A model generated the notes under the pieces. It was not told where the DNA came from. It did no database searches and was given only the letters and a program-made list of their open reading frames with translations. Position numbers and translations under genes: made by a program. 64,000 nt of DNA, from contig OZ024740.1 of NCBI GenBank assembly GCA_964016885.1, positions 164,176,001 to 164,240,000 on the forward strand. The letters are read 5' to 3'. This document shows positions 58,330-64,000 of this stretch, piece by piece. Positions within the stretch are counted from its first letter, which is position 1, and each line of letters begins with the position of its first letter. This stretch comes from Eledone cirrhosa (taxonomy: Eukaryota).

Positions 58330-60215
58330 TCACATACTTGAGATTCTTCCTATCCGCCTTTATTGGGGTATTTGAGAACTAGTGAACTGGCGGTTTCCCT
58401 TTGACACCTTGTATTTGTTTGGTCATAGAGCATGGTTGGTAGATCACCTGATTTTTTTATGCTGATTTTACGCCAGAGGGCTTTACTTGCAACATAAGAA
58501 CGGTTTACGTATTCTTAGACTTCACTCTAAAGATCTTGCTACAAGTGAAGCGTCATATGCAAAAAAGAGATCATTTTGGTCCGCAGGTGGTAGCTTTGAA
58601 CCTCTGGTGGCTGAAGAGTCGGCCACTTATTCAAAATTGTAATTAAACACCTGTGTCGTTTTCGCTGAAGGCATATTTTAGTATCACTGTGAAGAATGGA
58701 ACTGGAATCATGACACTGCCTTGTTTTGTGCCATTTGTCACATCAAAAGAATCTGACAACTCGCCATCAGATAAAACAGTAAATTTTATTCCTTCATGGA
58801 AGGAGACAATGGTGTTAAGCATCTTAGCAGGTATCCTAGGTCTCTTTAAAACTTTTCAAAGTGCTTGCTGATTTACAGCGTGAAAGACCTTGGTTAGATC
58901 TACGAACACCATAAGTAGCTCGTGATTTCTCTCTCGGACCTTTTCAGGAAACTGACAGAGAGAAAAAATCATGTTGATTGTGTCAAGCCCTCAACGGAAG
59001 CCACACAGTGATTCAGGATAAATATCATCGACGATATGTTTGATGATCCTATTGAGTATCAGCTTGATTAGCATTTTACCAGCAATTGTCAGAAGTGATA
59101 TCCCACAATGGTTATCACATACATTATTATTCCGTTTGAAGGCGGTGGATTGGCAGTATCGGTGGAGGGTCGGACGCCATGCTTTCCAGCATAGTTACGT
59201 CCCTTTACGATCTGAGTTCAAATCCCGCCGAGGTTGACTTTGCCTTTCATCCTTACGGGTTCGATAAAATAAAGTACCAGTAATGCACTGGGTAATTGCT
59301 GGCCTTGTGCCTAAAGTAGAAACAATCATTATTCCGTTTGTTCTTGTAGTGATGTTTGACGGGCGCGTCCTTGTAGTCCTGAGGAACACAATTGGCTCTC
59401 CAAATTGTTATGAAAAGCTCATGCAGTTTTCTAACCTTCTTTCGTCCACCATTCTTATAAACCTTAGGTGCTTTGCTGCAGTAAATTTCCTTGAGGGAGT
59501 CCTTCACCTCCTGCAGTGTTGGTTCAATTAAAATTTCAGGAATGTTGGGACATGGATGCTGTGACATCGTCATCAATGACAGGGGTGGAGTTTAATAAAG
59601 TTTCAAATTACTCTTTCCATCTTTTCAAGATGTCCGACTTACTTGTCAAAAGCATCTGCCCATCAGATGAGAGAAGCGGCGGGACACCGCTCTCTTGAGG
59701 ATAATGCACCTTCCTCAGACCATCATAGAAGGCTTTAGAGTCCTTCCTATCTACAGCTTGTTGGAGATCAGTAGCCTTTGCAGACCACCAAGCCTCTTTT
59801 ATTTTCCTAAGAGCATATTGAACCTGAGTCTTGCACTTTCTGTGTGCCTGCTGTTTTGGAGCTGTGCATTTGTTGGATTAACAGCCGGACCTTGTGGTTG
59901 TTATCATCAAACAAATCCTGGTGCTTCCGAACACGTCTTTCGAGAACCTCTAGCGATGTAGTATGTATAGCATCTCAGAGTGCTTTCCAATGTGATTCAA
60001 TGTCCTCAGTTATCTCAACAGAGTCAAGAGCCTTGTTAAAGAGCCTTGTTACAGAGCTCAATTTGTTTCTCATGGGTATTCAAAGGTTGAGTGTTAATTG
60101 GCCTAGGTACATTGAAATCACATAAGGGCAAGACGGAGTGAAGCCTTACTACGAAGGAGAGCATGATCCGAAAGATAATAGGTACTGTGGGAGGAGCCTG
60201 TGGTATTAATATCTC
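58330..60215 (-). mobile_element. Degraded RTE-like LINE (endonuclease end plus RT)
   Basis: SDH motif near 60160, PESLCGFR, FVDLTK, NGTKQG; interrupted by a SINE. Confidence 0.8.
59139..59327 (+). mobile_element. Full-length SINE with 13-bp TSD inside LINE
   Basis: TSD ATTATTCCGTTTG at 59126-59138 and 59328-59340. Confidence 0.92.
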
Positions 60216-61101
60216 CCAAAGAGAGTGAGAGAGAGTAAGAGAGGAAGAATGACTATAAGTCTATTCGATAAGGGCTGACGTGGGCTTACATAACTTCAAA
60301 CATTACTATCACCACTACTGCCACTGCACATCACAAATACCTGAACCTCTACATCTTCACTTAAACGTCTACAAATACCATAAAAACAAAACAAAACAAA
60401 TCAACACGCAAAAAACAGAGATAAATGGTGGGCTGGGGTCACAATTGATATGTCTGCTCCTTCAGGGTTGATCGAGGGCAACAGAAAAACAACAACAATA
60501 ATGACCAGACCTACCTCCATTAGCACAAATGGTATCGTTTTTACCAGCCATCACCATATCTCATCAACATCGCAATCACCACTACCATGGCCATGTAATG
60601 AAAAGAGGAAAATTTGGTGTTATCATTAATTAATTTCATTTATCTAAATGTAGGTGTAATTATGAATTGATATTTAATTAAAAGTCATTCTTCAAGGTCA
60701 GACTATATACGGCGACGTTCCATTTACAAACAGGCTGGCTCTGATTGCTTGTGTGGCTGCCTGACTGGCTGATACTTTGACTGGCTGATTGTCTGACTGG
60801 CTGATTGTCTGGTTGGGCGACTGTTAGTGAATGTACGACCGATCGATCAATCGATGGACCTCCATCGTCTTCAATGACAAGTGTCCTAATTATTTGATCG
60901 AGCCAGCTTATGAAATTAACATGTAAGTGGCTGAGCATTACTCAGACACGTCTACCTTTAACGTAATTCTCTGGGAAATTCAGTGTGACACAGGGTGTGA
61001 CAGGGTTGGAATATGGAATTACAGGAAAAGAACTCATTTTTGTCAGTTGAGTGGAATGGAGCAACGTGAAATTATGAGTCTTGTATGTATGCGTGAAAGT
61101 G

Positions 61102-61157
<56 letters not shown>

Positions 61158-61245
61158 GGAAAAATTTGAACAGGGACAAGACAGAAAGGCAGTACAACAA
61201 ATGTTTATTAATTTCACGCTCTGGAGAGTGGGGTGTTGGTGGGGG

Positions 61246-61277
61246 ACGACGTTTCGGGCATAAGCCCTTCCTCAGGT
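61246..61277 (-). ncRNA. Minimal HHR-like motif in short element between microsatellites
   Basis: AC CTGAGGA A GGGC-ttat-GCCC GAAACGTC GT. Confidence 0.62.
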
Positions 61278-61311
61278 GGGAAGGCAGATGAAATGTGTGT
61301 GTGTGTGTGTT

Positions 61312-61347
<36 letters not shown>

Positions 61348-62311
61348 AACACACACACACACATATATATATATATAAATATATAAATATATAAATATAT
61401 ATAACAGAGGTGCATATGAAAGTATTTCATCTGCCTGTCTCCCGCCTTGTGGATTCTCTCTATGTTGATCACTGGCTGTTAGTCTCTGTCCTCAGAGTCA
61501 TTTTTGCCCCTCGCTGTCTTTGACAGCATTTAGCTTTTTTAACGGCTGTTCTAGCGATGAGTTTTCTCATTTTTATATATATTCAAATACACTCTCGCTT
61601 TTTCTCGATCAGAAACAACATTGTTTTAAATATATAAGCGTATATATATATACAATAATCATAAAATATTTTTCTCTATTTTCCTCTGTGAATATACCTC
61701 AGAGTGGCCAGTACGTTTTGAGAATGTTATATGGGACTGTTCCAAGATTAGTTAATCTTTCATCAGTGACACTCACTCGAAATCAAACTGGCATGAAATA
61801 GATTATAGAAATTTGCGTCATGATCATTTGATGATCCTTTGCTTGATGATCATTTGCTGGATATGATCATTTGAATATAGAAAATAGAAAACATCAGCTG
61901 GAAATGTTTAAAAAAATTTGAAATAGAAATTTATTTGTTTTTATTATGAAAACTGCCAGAGTCCATATACCAGGTGAATAAGTCAGGCAAATTAACTTTG
62001 AAGACAGATAAAACATGTAAACAGAGACGTCTATATGAAAAGAAGCACACATCTGCAACTGCAATAAACACCACACCAAAGCGATCTGACCAACGTGCAA
62101 TCGAACCCGGTCCGGCATTGTTGCAAAGCAAACATTTCAATCACACGGGCATTTATGATGCTTGTTGGATTGTCTTAACATTTTCTTTGATTTTCAAGTC
62201 TTGTAAATTGATTTCCTTCGTAGTTATTGTGAGGAAAGAACGAAATTGTGTGAGGTTCCATGTATTCATGAAGGACATTAGCAAAGTAAACGAATTGAAT
62301 TGGCTTCACTA

Positions 62312-62400
62312 ATGGAGCAGCCGCGGAGACGAAGGAGGGGTAGGATTCGCCATTGGTGTGCAGATCCAGCTAGCCGGAAACATTGCTGTTAAACCTTGTC
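62312..62400 (+). mobile_element. LINE endonuclease scrap
   Basis: WSSRGDEGGVGFAI (GVGFAI motif). Confidence 0.4.
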
Positions 62401-62729
62401 ACGTGCCATTTTGGGAAAAAGCTCATTGCCTAAAACCTAGCACAGCACTTGAACCAAACATTCTTCACCCACGTTGCCATCGCAGAGTTAAGTGAATAAT
62501 AAATAAACTCTTTCGATAAATGACTGCAAACACTTAGCCAAGAATAATAGAATTTTTGTAACTCTAATAAGAATAACATTTAAAACGTAAACATCTGCGT
62601 ATATTCCAGACCTGTTCTATATGGGAAAGAGTAGTAGTAGTAACAACAGCAGCAGTTGTAATAGAAGTAGTAGCAGCAGCAGCAGCAGCAAAGGTAGCAG
62701 CGACGGCAGCAGCAATCGCAACAGCAGAT

Positions 62730-62770
<41 letters not shown>

Positions 62771-63182
62771 TTATTATTATTATTATTATTATTAGTAGTA
62801 GTAGTAGTAGTAGTAGTAGTATATTTCTACATCAGCTTTGATTAAGCAAACCTATAATAAAAGCCTTCCTGCTGAAATCATTCCTTTTTTAGAGAGCAAC
62901 TTTGATTACATTATACAATGTCTCCGTTCTCTTCTTTAAGGATGACAACTTGTTATTTGAAGGAGAGTTGATTGATACGTCTAGCAGTTCGAGTGACTGT
63001 GTAAAGGCTCCCTTGTTGATACCTGAAAACACGAGATAGATGACAGAACTGAATCTTGAGCAGTTTAGCAATATTAATTTTTTTTTTTTAAATAGCCACA
63101 TTGATACAGTTAAATACAACCTGAATCTTACTGCTTATAATTATATTTTAACGACGATAGTTTAAGTAAAAAATAATTAGAC

Positions 63183-63320
63183 TTGAAATTTAGAGGATGG
63201 GTAATTTGATAGTCAAGTATTTAGTTTTATCAACCCCAGAATCATGAAAGTAAAAGTTGATCTCAGCAAGATTGAAACCCAAAACGTTTCGTCTGATGCT
63301 TTAACGTTTCTTCCAATCTA
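63183..63320 (-). mobile_element. Old diverged SINE
   Basis: TTTATCAACCCCAGAATCATGAAAGTAAAAGTTGA resembles the reverse SINE core. Confidence 0.55.
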
Positions 63321-64000
63321 TTGCCCTGAAAGCAATAGAAAAAATAATAGAGTGTACGGTCACACATTAAGATGGTAGGTTGAATGACACTGTTTCATTT
63401 TCATAAGTTTAAGAAATTTGGTACAATAAAAGAGTGGGCTAAAACAAGATAATAACCATGCATTTTACTATCAGAACTATACACAATTAACATTAACAAA
63501 ACCAACAATATTTATTTCATTCTGGCAGTCATAAAGACTATATTGTTAGCGAATGAAATCATGAGAACCATGACGTTCATGCCTTTCCCAAGAACATTAA
63601 CATTGTTAGAGAAATGAAATTGGGCCAATAGGAGAAAAAAAGGTTTCCCCACTGATCAGTTTATGATTCTCTACAATACTCAAAGAAGAGTCACAATAAA
63701 GAATGGAATAATGCTCCCGAAACTAAGACGGTGTTGCTACTACACATATTGACATCGTATACCGATTGGCACACATTTCCTCATTACCCCACACTTTGCC
63801 AACTAGCTCGCAGATTTTCCGTCTCCTCCACCTAGTCTATCACTTCTACAACCAGATCCATCCAATACACGTGTTACCTCCTTGTGACACCCCTTCTGAC
63901 TAATTACTTCTCTTAATTGTTCCAACTAAATGTTTCATACGTCTGGAATTTTCTCACTGACAGCACCTCATATCTCCTCTCCTCGGCAGACGCTGATTTA

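Noticed and set aside
63640-64000. Possible old LINE 3' remnant (also 3730-4230)
   Set aside because: Only vague similarity; not supportable

Overview
AT-rich eukaryotic intergenic or intronic DNA, extremely dense in (TA)n, (CA)n and (GA)n microsatellites. The SINE family and repeat landscape point to a cephalopod (Octopus-like); this is an inference. I find no host protein-coding gene, and most listed ORFs are microsatellite artefacts. Real coding remnants are all transposon-derived: Penelope-like elements (PLEs; RT and GIY-YIG pieces), RTE-type LINEs, mariner and hAT. There are also about 12 copies of a tRNA-derived SINE and one Tc2/pogo-type MITE. The most striking signal is a set of short non-coding elements from many families, lodged in or against (TA)n tracts. 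They carry hammerhead-ribozyme (HHR) motifs, including U3:A8-core and CUGAAUGA variants. Many have a 5' inverted duplication, which in two families folds back at ribozyme stem II. Some are terminally redundant like retrozymes, and several share a TATTGAGTAC motif about 30-70 nt from the 3' end. One such short element is directly traceable to the 3' end of a GIY-YIG PLE in the window. All alignments and folds were done by eye; coordinates may be off by a few bases.
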